64,000 nt of DNA from Eledone cirrhosa (taxonomy: Eukaryota), in contig OZ024763.1 of NCBI GenBank assembly GCA_964016885.1, positions 11,036,001-11,100,000 of the forward strand. Direction: 5' to 3'. The notes below the pieces were generated by a model. It had not been told where the DNA came from. It saw only the letters and a list, made by a program, of their open reading frames with translations, and did no database searches. Shown piece by piece: positions 39,663-53,106 of this stretch. The translations under genes and the position numbers were made by a program. Numbering within the stretch: position 1 is the first letter of the stretch; each line of letters opens with the position of its first letter.

Positions 39663-40337
39663 AGGTCTTTCTATTGCTAATACTGTCTGTTGGTCCTACC
39701 TCCTGGCAGAAGTAAGGAGCTGATCACTAGATCAGACCAAGGAAACAAAGTGTTTCTATTGATCTTTCCATTACTGATACTATCTGTTGGTCATATCTCC
39801 TGGCAGAAATAAGGAGCTGATCATCAGATCAGACCAAGGAAATAATATTGATCTTTCCATTACTGATACTATCTGTCTGTCACAACTCCTGGCAGAAGGG
39901 AGGAGCTGATCATCAGATCAGACCAAGGAAACAATGTTTCTATTGGTCTCTCCATTACTGATACTATCTGTTGGTTACAACTCCTGGCAGAAGAAAGGAG
40001 CTGATCATCAGATCAGACCAAGGAAATAATATTGATCTTTCCATTACTGATACTATCTGTCTGTCACAACTCCTGGCAGAAGGGAGGAGCTGATTATCAG
40101 ATCAGACCAAGGAAATAATATTTCTATTGGTCTCTCCATTACTGATACTATCTGTTGGTTACAACTCCTGGCAGAAGTAAGGAGCTGATCATCAGATCAG
40201 ACGAAGGAAACAATGTTTCTATTGGTCTCTCCATTACTGACACTATCTGTTGGTCACAACTCCTGGCAGAAGGGAGGAGCTGATCATCAGATCAGACCAA
40301 GGAAACAATATTCTGTTGGTCTTTCCATTACTGATAC
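39663..40337. repeat. ~7-copy, 89-97-bp minisatellite derived from the SINE B tail
   Basis: Unit GACCAAGGAAACAATGTTTCTATTGGTCTCTCCATTACTGATACTATCTGTTGG..CAACTCCTGGCAGAAG matches 35201-35278. Confidence 0.85.
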
Positions 40338-40842
40338 TCAAAACTCATATAGATACCCTGCAATTAACAAGCTCAAAGTATAAATACTGAGCATTATAAT
40401 ATTAATATGTGTAGAAGTAATCACAGTAAACCCGTGTCTAAAATTACGAGGGTAGATTACACCACAAATGTTATATATCATTTAACCTGAATCATATGGG
40501 ATGCTACAAGATGTCTTACAAGATTTCTCATACATACCATATCAATAACCATTTCATCTCCCGGACAGACTAAAGATTTAATGTTTCGCCCTGAATGAAT
40601 CGTGTTTGTAACAAGTAATCCGTAGGCATTTCGTCAGCAGGAGATGAGACTAAATGTTACATAACACCTATAACAATAAACTCACTAAAGTTTACACCTC
40701 GATCGTTGAAAGTCATATGCGGTGCGAGTGGTTATGCTAGAAATAATAGCCTATTTACACTCATTTTTATAAGCTCAACAGATAAGGAGCCGAAATATAA
40801 ATAAAATACAATATAGAGTTATTAACTCATATAGATACCCTT

Positions 40843-40988
40843 GTTACGGCTCTTGCCATTCTGAGTTCAAATCCCGCCGAGGTTAACTTTGCCTTTCATC
40901 CTTACGGGGTCGATAAAATAAAGTACCAGTAATACACTGGGTATATACTGGGTAATTTGCTGGCCTTGTGCCAAAAGTAGAAACAATT
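40843..40988 (+). mobile_element. SINE family A, 5'-truncated
   Basis: B box through GTAGAAACAATT. Confidence 0.85.
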
Positions 40989-41108
40989 ATAATATTAATA
41001 TGTGTAGAAGTAAACACAGCAAACCCGTGTCTAAATATGATTCATATTGAATGATATATAACATTCGTAATTTTAGACACGGGTTTACTGTGTTTACTTC
41101 TACACATA

Positions 41109-41142
<34 letters not shown>

Positions 41143-41146
<4 letters not shown>

Positions 41147-41337
41147 AACGAGTAGGACCCCGACGGCTGAGCTCAAGCCGCTTCGACGGCTAATTCTGTA
41201 CCAGAATTAGCCGTCGAAACGGCTTGAGCTCAGCCGTCGGGGTCCTACTCGTTCCTATTACCCACTCTACTACCCTAAGTATTGAGTACTTTGGTGCGTT
41301 ATGGTCCACCTGGTTCCTTACCACATTTCCTTCGTTA
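41143..41337 (+). mobile_element. Palindromic PLE-like terminal repeat in (TA)n
   Basis: 41143-41197 inverts 41201-41258, centred on CTGTACCAG. Confidence 0.7.
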
Positions 41338-41361
41338 TATATATATATATATATATATATA

Positions 41362-42215
<854 letters not shown>

Positions 42216-42344
42216 GTGTGTAGGTGTTTGCAATAACATGGTTGTTTTTGTTGTTGTTGTCATTGTGGCAATTTAAATAAATATTTAAAAGAAACGATAC
42301 AATTTATAATATATTTATTAGGATAATTTAATGGAATGGTTGAG

Positions 42345-42775
42345 AGAGAGGGGGGTGGGAGAGATGTAGAGAGAGAGGGGGGATGGGAGAGATGTAGAGA
42401 GAGAGAGAGGGGGATGGGAGAGATGTAGAGAGAGAGGGGGGATGGGAGAGATGTAGAGAGAGAGAGAGAGGGGGATGGGAGAGATGTAGAGAGAGAGGGG
42501 GGATGTGAGAGATGTAGAGAGAGAGGGGGGATGGGAGAGATGTAGAGAGAGAGAGAGGGGGATGGGAGAGATGTAGAGAGAGAGAGGGGGATGGGAGAGA
42601 TGTAGAGAGAGAGAGAGAGAGAGGGGGCATGGGAGAGATGTAGAGAGAGAGGGGGGGTTGAGAGAGAGGGGGGATGAGAGAGATGTAGAGAGAGAGAGAG
42701 AGAGAGGGGATGAGAGAGATGTAGAGAGAGAGAGGGGGGATGGGAGAGATGTAGAGAGAGGGGGGAGGAGGAGAA
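42345..42775. repeat. GA-rich minisatellite (GGGGGATGGGAGAGATGTA(GA)n)
   Basis: More than a dozen units with variable GA length. Confidence 0.9.
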
Positions 42776-43119
42776 AGAGAGGAGATAGAGGGGGTAGGAT
42801 GAGAGAGAGAGAGAGTTTATTAGCATGTCTTCATTATTTTGAAATAAACAGAAAGATGATGGTGGGAGGAGTGGGAGGGTAAATACCAACACTCCTCCAC
42901 CACCACCACCACCACCATCACCAGCACCACTACCACCACTGTACCACCACCAACACCACCAACACCACCACCAACACCATCTCTACCATTACCACCACCA
43001 CAACAACAAGAACACCATACGAACACACAATTAGAGTTATTTCCCTTTTGGGCGCTCCCAAGTCCTTTCTAGATGGAAAATAGATTGAAAATATTTTGAT
43101 ATGTAGGTGGAAGTACTTG

Positions 43120-44092
43120 TAATGGTGGTGGTGGTGGTGCTGGTGGTGTCTTGGTGGTGGTGGTGGTGGGGTCTTGGTGGTGGTGGTGTCTTGGTGGTGG
43201 TGGTGCTGGTGGTGTCTTGGTGGTGGTGGTGGTGGGGTCTTGGTGGTGGTGGTGTCTTGGTGGTGGTGGTGTCTTGGTGGTGGTGGTGTTGGTGGTGGTG
43301 CTGGTGGTGTCTTGGTGGTGGTGGTGATGGGGTCTTGGTGGTGGTGGTGTCTTGGTGGTGGTGGGGTCTTGGTGGTGGTGGTGTCTTGGTGGTGGTGGTG
43401 GTGGTGCTGGTGGTGTCTTGGTGGTGGTGGTGGTGGGGTCTTGGTGGTGGTGGTGTCTTGGTGGTGGTGGTGGTGGTGGTGCTGGTGGTGTCTTGGTGGT
43501 GGTGGTGGTGGGGTCTTGGTGGTGGTGGTGTCTTGGTGGTGGTGGTGTTGGTGGTGGTGGTGCTGGTGGTGTCTTGGTGGTGGTGGTGGTGGGGTCTTGG
43601 TGGTGGTGGTGGTGGTGGTGGTGGTGGGGTCCTGGTGGTGGTGGTGCTGGTGGTGTCTTGGTGGTGGGGTCTTAGTGGTGGTGGTGCTGGTGGTGTCTTG
43701 GTGGTGGTGGTGTTTTGGTGGTGGTGGTGTTGGTGGTGGTGGTGGTGGTGTCTTGGTGGTGGTGGTGGGGTCTTGGTGGTGGTGGTGCTGGTGGTGTCTT
43801 GGTGGTGGTGGTGGGGTCTTAGTGGTGCTAGTGGTTTATGGTGGTAGTGGTGGTGGTGGTGGTGGTGGAGTCTTAGTGGTGGTGGGGTCATGGTGGTGGT
43901 GGTGGGGGTATTGGTGGTGGTGGTGGTGATGGTGGTGGTGGTTGTGGAGGTGGTGGAGGTGGTGTTGGTGCCGAGTATTTGTCATCTACTTCCTTTATCA
44001 ATAATCAACAACAAAAAACAACCACCACCACCGACACCACCACCACCACCACCACCACCACCACCACCACCACCGACACCACCACCACCACC

Positions 44093-44143
<51 letters not shown>

Positions 44144-44150
44144 AGTAACA
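43120..44150. repeat. (GGT)n compound repeat punctuated by GTCTT, followed by (CCA)n/(CAA)n
   Basis: Direct reading; source of the Pro/His/Gly/Trp pseudo-ORFs. Confidence 0.92.
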
Positions 44151-44329
44151 ACAACAATAATAGTTACATCCGCAATAAAAACTCGACACAAGGAAAAACA
44201 AGGACGCCAACGTTGATTTTAATGGATGATGATGTATGTTATGGATGTGGTGATAATGAAAATTATTGTGTACAATGCTTAGGTGCACTACAACTCATCA
44301 AATGTGCATGTATAATACATAGAATAATG

Positions 44330-44593
44330 TACAAATGTCAGGAAAGTGAACAGTGTATGTGTCATGATATACACATAGATACATGCATGGGTGTGTATGG
44401 AGGCGGAATATCAGGTGTAGTGTTGGTGAATTTCAGGAAGTATGGAGGTTAAGGATGCAGTCTCCTGACAGGTAATAAATGATGCAGGTAGTTTGTTCCA
44501 TGCTTTAACAACTCTGAGCATGGGAGCTGTGCTGTTTTCTGATTTTGTAGGCATGTCCACAGCTGTTAGACATGGAATTCGAAAAGGTGCTCA
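44330..44593 (-). mobile_element. CR1-clade LINE 3' fragment
   Basis: Minus strand: EHLFEFHV..GHAYKIRKQHSSH..RVVKAWNKLPAS, matching the RGH.xK...RV...WNxLP C-terminus of CR1 ORF2. Confidence 0.75.
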
Positions 44594-44600
44594 TAGGTCC

Positions 44601-46126
44601 GATACTATGGACATGTGGTTAGAATGTCTCAGGAAAGAATCTCTGAATTGAGAGATCACAGCTCTGATACTACAGACATGTGGTTAGAATGTCTCAGGAA
44701 AGAATCTCTGAATTGAGAGATCACAGCTCTGATACTACAGACATGTGGTTAGAATGTCTCAGGAAAGAATCTCTGAATTGAGAGATCACAGCTCTGATAC
44801 TACAGACATGTGGTTAGAATGTCTCAGGAAAGAATCTCTGAATTGAGAGATCACAGCTCTGATACTACAGACATGTGGTTAGAATGTCTCAGGAAAGAAT
44901 CTCTGAATTGAGAGATCACAGCTCTGATACTACAGACATGTGGTTAGAATGTCTCAGGAAAGAATCTCTGAATTGAGAGATCATAGCTCTGATACTACAG
45001 ACATGTGGTTAGAATGTCTCAGGAAAGAATCTCTGAATTGAGAGATCACAGCTCTGATACTACAGACATGTGGTTAGAATGTCTCAGGAAAGAATCTCTG
45101 AATTGAGAGATCACAGCTCTGATACTACAGAAATGTGGTTAGAATGTCTCAGGAAAGAATCTCTGAATTGAGAGATCACAGCTCTGATACTACAGACATG
45201 TGGTTAGATGTCTCAGGAAAGAATCTCTGAATTGAGAGATCACAGCTCTGATACTACAGACATGTGGTTAGAATGTCTCAGGAAAGAATCTCTGAATTGA
45301 GAGATCACAGCTCTGATACTACAGACATGTGGTTAGAATGTCTCAGGAAAGAATCTCTGAATTGAGAGATCACAGCTCTGATACTACAGACATGTGGTTA
45401 GAATGTCTCAGGAAAGAATCTCTGAATTGAGAGATCACAGCTCTGATACTACAGACATGTGGTTAGAATGTCTCAGGAAAGAATCTCTGAATTGAGAGAT
45501 CACAGCTCTGATACTACAGACATGTGGTTAGAATGTCTCAGGAAAGAATCTCTGAATTGAGAGATCACAGCTCTGATACTACAGACATGTGGTTAGAATG
45601 TCTCAGGAAAGAATCTCTGAATTGAGAGATCACAGCTCTGATACTACAGACATGTGGTTAGAATGTCTCAGGAAAGAATCACTGAATTGAGAGATCACAA
45701 CTCTGATACTACAGACATGTGGTTAGAATGTCTCAGGAAAGAATCTCTGAATTGAGAGATCACAGCTCTGATACTACAGACATGTGGTTAGAATGTCTCA
45801 GGAAAGAATCACTGAATTGAGAGATCACAGCTCTGATACTACAGACATGTGGTTAGAATGTCTCAGGAAAGAATCTCTGAATTGAGAGATCACAGCTCTG
45901 ATACTACAGACATGTGGTTAGAATGTCTCAGGAAAGAATCTCTGAATTGAGAGATCACAGCTCTGATACTACAGACATGTGGTTAGAATGTCTCAGGAAA
46001 GAATCTCTGAATTGAGAGATCACAGCTCTGATACTACAGACATGTGGTTAGAATGTCTCAGGAAAGAATCTCTGAATTGAGAGATCACAGCTCTGATACT
46101 ACAGACATGTGGTTAGAATGTCTCAG
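44601..46126 (+). repeat. 65-bp satellite (~23 copies) derived from RTE coding sequence
   Basis: Unit GATACTACAGACATGTGGTTAGAATGTCTCAGGAAAGAATCTCTGAATTGAGAGATCACAGCTCT; homologous to RTE at ~8795-8858(-) and ~20892-20955. Confidence 0.95.
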
Positions 46127-46382
46127 GGAGGAATCGCTGGACAGATTTGACGGGCAAAACCAACAGGCAGGAAACCCAGGGGTAGGCCTCGATCAAGATG
46201 GTTGGATAGCATCCGTGAACTTGGCTGGTCACGCTTTAGGACCCAGCCGAATCAGTTGGAGATGGTTGATTCTGACAGGACCCACTAGAAGGATTGTTTG
46301 AGAACTCTGCCCTCACGACCCTCTCAGGAATAAGTGGGAGAAGAAGAAGAAGAAGAAGAAGAAGAAGAAGAAGAAGAAGAAG
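46127..46382 (+). mobile_element. RTE LINE 3' end with (GAA)n tail
   Basis: Colinear with 20950-21150. Confidence 0.85.
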
Positions 46383-46479
46383 GTGTGTCTGTATGTATAT
46401 GTGTGTTCATATGTGTGTGTGTTTGTTTGAACTCCATTTGTTCTGGCGTTATCTGTTCCAGTTTTATTTTATCAAGAGT

Positions 46480-46720
46480 ACAGCCTGCTCATGAAATTAA
46501 CGTACAAGTCACTGAGTATTTCACAGACACGTGTCTCCTCAACGAAGATCTCAGGGAGATTCAGCGTGACAGTGTGTGTGTGATAAGTTTGGCCCTTTGT
46601 ATTACAGGTACAACTTATTTTTGAGTGAACTGGAGTCACGTGGAATAAAGTGTCTTGTTTAAAAACAAGACCCACTGACGGTAATCGAACTCATGACTAT
46701 ATGTTCGTGAGCCCCAAACC
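46480..46720 (-). mobile_element. Degenerate SINE B-type copy
   Basis: CACGTGGAATAAAGTGTCTTG...AATCGAACTCATGAC and GACACGTGT..CTCAGGGAGATTCAGCGTGACA. Confidence 0.6.
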
Positions 46721-46922
46721 GTAAGTTAGGGCGTCTCAAACTCAATGACTCAACAGGGTCATTACGTCATGGGGAAGAGGCACAGTGGGCCAAACGTGAG
46801 TGAGGCGGATGACGTCATTTCCTCCGTTCTGAGGGACTGTTATTTATTGAAAAACATCTATTTCTGCTCTCAGCATGGCGGATAATTCGATGTATTCCTG
46901 AGTGAATATATATAATATTATA

Positions 46923-47231
46923 ATAATTGTTTCTACTTTTGGCACAAGGCCAGCAATTACTCCAATGCATTATTGGTACTTTATTTTACCAGTAATGCAC
47001 TGGATAATTGCTGGCCTTGTGCAAAAACAGAGACAATTATTATGATTGGATTGGCAGTATTGGTAGAGGGTCGGACGCGATGCTTTGACGCATAGAGTTA
47101 CGGCCCTTGTCATTCTGAGTTCAAATGCCGCCTAGGTTAACTTTGCCTTTCATCCTTACGGGGTCGATAAAAATAAAGTACCAGTAATGCACTGGTTTAT
47201 TGCTGGCCTTTTGCCAAATGGAGAAACAATT
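46923..47231. mobile_element. SINE A tail palindrome (46923-47042) followed by a near-full SINE A (+)
   Basis: Inverted SINE 3' ends, then GGATTGGCAGTATTGGTAGAG...GAAACAATT. Confidence 0.85.
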
Positions 47232-47673
47232 GTTATTTATTGTTTTTAATCAATATGAAAACGCTTATGTTAGTAAGTGAGTGAGATATGTAGTTTAGAA
47301 CAAAATGTCGGAGGACACTGCCGCGAGTCATTCTAATGTAGATTACAGGCCACATATTTGAGACCTCCGGTATAAGAGTAACCCACACACATTCAATAAT
47401 ACAGAAGTAATCAAACGATCAAGCTTGCATTTCAATTAAAAGCAACTTAGCCAGATTCAACAGAGGAAGGGCTCTCTAAAATTTGTCTGGTGGTGGTGGT
47501 GGTGGTGGTGGTGGTGTGGAGGTGGGTGGTACGACACATGGGAAGAGAAACTGACACGCTCCACCCACCCAGTTGTAAATGGAGGGATCATATCATATGG
47601 CTAGAAGTTAATGCAATAAAGAGAGAACAGGTGAAAGTGGTGGGAATATGTGACTAATATGGCGTCGTTGACG

Positions 47674-47812
47674 GTTGTTAACGGAAATAACTGTTTCTAC
47701 TTTAGGCACAAGGCCAGCAATTAACCAGTGCATTACTGGTACTTAGCACCGGGTAATTGCTGGCCTTGTGCCTAAAGTAGAAACAGTTATTTCCGTTGTT
47801 AACGGAAATAAC
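47674..47812. mobile_element. Fold-back SINE A insertion with an 18-bp TSD
   Basis: GTTGTTAACGGAAATAAC at 47674-47691 and 47795-47812 encloses a palindrome of the SINE tail. Confidence 0.85.
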
Positions 47813-48557
47813 GATTAAAATATAAACTAGAAGCGCCAAGTAGCAACAATACTATGTGGCAGTATCCGGGTTATTTTGGCCATGGACTCACACCCAGACA
47901 CACACAGTTACTGTCTCAGCGGTACCACAACAAACATCTCCACCACCACCACCACAACCACAACAAACACCTCCACCACCACAGCAAACACCTTCACCTT
48001 CACCACCACAACCACAACAAACACCTCCACCACCAACACAACCACAACAAACACCTCCACAACCACAACCCCTACCACCACCACCACCACCACCACCACC
48101 ACCACCACCACAACATCAACAACAACAAACCAGCTACACTACCAACCACCACAACAACAACAACAAACCACACCAGCTATACTACCACCACAACAACAAC
48201 AACAAACCACACCAGCTATACTACCACCACCACAACAACAACAAACTACACCAGCTATATATATATACTATAAATTATGTCCATAGAATCATTTGATAAA
48301 ATATATCCACCATTTCCTCTCCCAATCAGCATAATCAACCACACAAAACAACCAATTAAACCAGGCTATAAGATTAAAAGGCATCTATGAAGAAATAATA
48401 CATAAATAAACGACAGCCATCTATTCGCGATCAACAGCTATAGAATATTTACCCAACATTTAAATAGCACGTGGAAATCGATTAAATATATCGTCAACCA
48501 TACACAATTAGGTATAAAATTAAAGTTAGAAGAAAAAATGTATATAAACATACCAGG

Positions 48558-48616
<59 letters not shown>

Positions 48617-48805
48617 AGAAGTTATATTTAATTTGTTGGGATACAACAAGCAAATATTTTTATAACTGATATAAAGCAGTCAACAAATTTTTGGAGTAAA
48701 AATAAAATATATTAACAAATGGAAACTATCCGGGAGCTTCCAACAGACATGGTTGCATTCTTTAAGGGTATGTCAATATTTGTTTATAAAACTGATCTAT
48801 ATTAT

Positions 48806-48868
48806 ATTTTATCTGATGAAAGCGCACCATAATTTGCTTTGGTGTCCTTGAAATATGTATAATGAAAT
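48806..48868 (+). ncRNA. Type I hammerhead ribozyme
   Basis: ATTTTAT-CTGATGA-AAGCGCACCA..TGGTGTCCTT-GAAA-TATGTA-TA/ATGAAAT. Confidence 0.75.
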
Positions 48869-48903
48869 AAATATGGTTTTATAAATATAGTTTCCATTTG
48901 TTA

Positions 48904-48968
<65 letters not shown>

Positions 48969-48970
<2 letters not shown>

Positions 48971-49157
48971 CGACGCAAATGTGGTAAGGAACCAGATGGA
49001 CCATAACGCACCAAAGTACTCAATACTTAGGGTAGTAGAGTGGGTAATAGGAACGAGTAGGACCCCGACGGCTGAGCTTAAGCCGTTTCGACGGCTAATT
49101 CTGGACGGAATTAGCCGTCGAAACGGCTTGAGCTCAGCCGTCGGGGTCCTACTCGTT

Positions 49158-49161
<4 letters not shown>
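48969..49161 (-). mobile_element. Palindromic PLE-like terminal repeat in (TA)n
   Basis: Same family as 41143-41337; palindrome centred at ~49103. Confidence 0.7.
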
Positions 49162-49202
<41 letters not shown>

Positions 49203-49875
49203 TGCTTTCGTCTGTTTCGTTCCTTGTATCTTTACCACTTCTAGCAGTCTCCCTCTCTGTTACTCTCTCCTCAACTTTCACTCACTCATTCTCTGTCACT
49301 ACCTCTCCTCCTCCTCTTTCCTCCTCCTCCTTCAAGTTTGACCTGTGTGTAATTCTTTTCTCGCGCAGTCTTGACCGAGCTGGTATGGAATTTTTTTCTC
49401 TCTCTCTTTTGTCTGCGACTTCACAAAACTTGCGTTTACCGAATTCGTAGACCAGACCCCCTTATCTTCTTCTTCTTCTTCTTCTTCTTCTTCTTCTTCT
49501 TCTTCTTCTTCTTCTTCTTCTTCTTCTTCTTCTTCTTCTTCCTCTTCTCTCCTTTTTCTTTCTCTCTCTCTCTCTCTTTTTTCCCCCCGTCAAACTTGGG
49601 CGAAATTCTTTCCTTGCTCACATTTCAACCAGGTCTGATGGTCTTTCGTCTCTTGTTCACGATTTCACAGAGTTTATATTCATAGAGATCTGGGACTTGT
49701 CTATTTCTACTCACTTTCCGTTGCTTAAACCTTTTTGTTGTTACTCTAGCGTCCCCCTTTATTTACGTGTCCCAACGACTTTTTTAGCCGTTGTTCGCAC
49801 CAACCTGAGGCATATGGCCCTTAAAGCGATGAAATGCCGAGGACGGTTGGAGGGTCACTGATGAAGGACTCACTT

Positions 49876-49928
<53 letters not shown>

Positions 49929-50058
49929 TTCGAAACACAAGGATGCAATTCACTTCTAGCACTCGGCGCCATATTACTTCCTAAAAATAAGGACGACGGA
50001 GAATATTCATAAAGAGGAAAATGTGAAGTTGAAGATGTTAGGCTTCTTTATTAATTGT

Positions 50059-50109
50059 GCCGTTATACATATTTCAACGACGATAGATATCGTGATTTCT
50101 TCAGACAGC
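50059..50109 (-). ncRNA. Type I hammerhead ribozyme
   Basis: GCTGT-CTGAAGA-AATCACGATA TC TATCGTCGTT-GAAA-TATGTA-TA/ACGGC, followed by AATAAA. Confidence 0.78.
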
Positions 50110-50308
50110 AAAAATTGATTAAAAGGCAACTTTTCTGAGGCAATTTTAGATGGAAGGGAGCGGACTAAAAAGGTGTGTAGGTGTTTGCATTGGGTGTCCT
50201 CTCCCTTTTAACTTTCAGAACATCCCGACAGCCTTGCGCAGTCGCAGAGGTGTGGGTGGTTGACCGCTCAACTACAATCAAGAATACCACTTTGATGGCC
50301 AGCAGAAT

Positions 50309-50344
<36 letters not shown>

Positions 50345-50528
50345 ATATATATATGTGTAGGAGGTGAGTTTTATTGTAGTACAATAAAGCAATGCAGATA
50401 TCGGATAAGAAGCACTCTACAGTTTGTAGGACTGGAGTATACATAATATAAGATCAAAAGATGTTGATATGTTGATTTAAAACTGCACTATCCACAAGTG
50501 CTTTTTAGCCTTCATATCATGTTCTCCT

Positions 50529-50597
50529 GTTTTATCTGATGAAAACACAAATATTATTGCATGATGATGTTTGTTTTTGAAATGCGCATAATAAAAT
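50529..50597 (+). ncRNA. Type I hammerhead ribozyme (Neptune pLTR family)
   Basis: GTTTTAT-CTGATGA-AAACACAAATATTATT..ATGATGTTTGTTTTT-GAAA-TGCGCA-TA/ATAAAAT; palindromic stem III ATGCGCAT. Confidence 0.78.
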
Positions 50598-50787
50598 ACA
50601 TGGAACTCCTTTAACCATCTTTTGATCTTATATATATATATATATATATAATATATATATATATATGTATGTACGTGTACATGTATACATATATATATGT
50701 ACGTGTACATATATATATGTATACATTATATTTAAATAATAGCCGTACGAAGAGTGAGAAATGAAATTTCGTTTCATTTTTTCCATT

Positions 50788-50826
<39 letters not shown>

Positions 50827-50946
50827 TCCCTTTATTAATATTCTTGATATTAATTAAACTCCGGATAAAAACCGTTGATTGCTTCTAATCTGTTGTAAAT
50901 TAACTTTGTTGAATAATCAACAAATCAAATAACTCATTGTTTATAT

Positions 50947-50991
<45 letters not shown>

Positions 50992-51135
50992 GTGGTGTGG
51001 GGTGTCCAAATACGCTGAAAATAACAGTAGCAGCGGTGGATTACTAGAAATTATAGCCTAGAAAATCGGGTAAGCCAATTCTAGAGACGGGAAAAAGGTC
51101 ACCTCCCGGCCCCTTGTTTCCATATCGTCCCACAT

Positions 51136-51221
<86 letters not shown>

Positions 51222-51230
51222 AGAAAATTA

Positions 51231-51430
51231 NNNNNNNNNNNNNNNNNNNNNNNNNNNNNNNNNNNNNNNNNNNNNNNNNNNNNNNNNNNNNNNNNNNNNN
51301 NNNNNNNNNNNNNNNNNNNNNNNNNNNNNNNNNNNNNNNNNNNNNNNNNNNNNNNNNNNNNNNNNNNNNNNNNNNNNNNNNNNNNNNNNNNNNNNNNNNN
51401 NNNNNNNNNNNNNNNNNNNNNNNNNNNNNN
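51231..51430. other. Assembly gap
   Basis: 200 N; contiguity across the gap is unproven. Confidence 1.
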
Positions 51431-51718
51431 GACACAGACACACACAGACACACAGACACACACACACACACACAGACACACAGACACAGACACACACACA
51501 CAGACACACACACAGACACATAGACACACACACACACAGACACACACACACACACAGACACAGACACACACAGACACACACAGACACAGACACACACACA
51601 CACACAGAGACACAGACACACACAGACACACAGACACAGACACACACACAGACACACACAGACACACAGACACACACACACACACAGACACACACACACA
51701 CAGACACAGACACACAGA

Positions 51719-51757
<39 letters not shown>

Positions 51758-51856
51758 ACACACACACACACACACAGACACACACACCCACACACACACA
51801 CACAGACACACACACACACACACACACATCCACACACACACACACACAGACACATC

Positions 51857-51888
<32 letters not shown>

Positions 51889-52199
51889 CAAACACACACA
51901 AACACACACACACACACGCACGCACATCCACACATCCACACACATACGCATTTATCTACCTGTCTATTTACCTATCTATCTATGTTTCTTCCCCACCCTC
52001 TCCTAATCCTCTTCCTTTTTCACTCTCACTATTTCTCCCTATCCCTCCTCACTCACTATGTATATCTCTCTCCTCTCTCACTATCCCTCTCTCTCGGCCC
52101 TCTCTCTCTATCTCTCCACAGATACAGCAGACTACTCCAGTATGAGATACAACCAGCTACCAATCCACCACTCGTAAGAGAGGGTATGCAGGAATTATA

Positions 52200-52239
<40 letters not shown>

Positions 52240-52448
52240 GGACCTCCGTCTCCTACGACGACGTGTGCTCCAGTTGTTCGAACAACGGATCATAACAGCC
52301 TACTCGTGAAATTAACGAGTGTACGCACGCTCATCGTCGCAACCGACAGATGACCGACATATATGTGCAACCCCATACGTAAGTGCACACACACACACAC
52401 ACACACATACACACATACACATAAACACACACACACACGCACACACAC

Positions 52449-52491
<43 letters not shown>

Positions 52492-52508
52492 CACACATAT
52501 ATATATAC

Positions 52509-52555
<47 letters not shown>

Positions 52556-52556
52556 C

Positions 52557-52601
<45 letters not shown>

Positions 52602-52666
52602 CATATATATACACACACATATATATATACATATATATACACACACACACACATATATATATATAT

Positions 52667-52799
52667 AATTGTTTCTTCTTTTGGCACAAGGCCAGCAATT
52701 ATCCCAGTACATTACTGGTACTTTATTTTATCGACCCCGTAAGGATGAAAGTCAAAGTTAACCTCGGCGGGATTTGAACTCAGATCGTAAAGGGACGTA
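52667..52799 (-). mobile_element. SINE family A, truncated
   Basis: Tail through B box. Confidence 0.85.
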
Positions 52800-53106
52800 G
52801 AAAACAGGGAGGTTTCATCCGAAGTTGGTAGAGCACTGAGTCAAAAAGATGTGTTCGGTATAGTGTTAATCCCACAATTACCAAACTATACTTGAGTCCA
52901 CGTGTTTCACCTAAAAAAAGGATTATTCAACTCGTGTATGTTATAGCGACAACAGACGTATTTATGAGCGAGATCTACGCAGAAGAGGACTTTAACCCAA
53001 AACAAACTTAGCAGAGACATTAACAAATTTAGATCCTCCAATAATACTTTCGTCCCTTTAATCGGCCCAATGCAACCAGTCTGACAATGAGCATGTTTCA
53101 TACGGA

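Noticed and set aside
43037-43929. Pro/His/Thr-rich extensin- or mucin-like ORFs
   Set aside because: (GGT)n repeat open in nearly all frames; no splice or domain support.
44222-44452. Cys-rich ORF end (MDDDVCYGCGDNENYCVQC...) resembling a RINGv/metal-binding motif
   Set aside because: Lies antisense to and beside the CR1 3' end and is fed by trinucleotide repeats; no supported exon structure. A BLASTX check would be cheap.
44601-46126. CRISPR-like regular array
   Set aside because: Units are contiguous with no unique spacers, derive from an RTE, and sit in eukaryotic context.
47854-48296. Poly-His/Pro/Gln ORFs
   Set aside because: (CCA)/(CAA) microsatellite open in three frames.
51044-52145. 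ORFs spanning the N gap
   Set aside because: Artefact of Ns plus (CA)n repeats.
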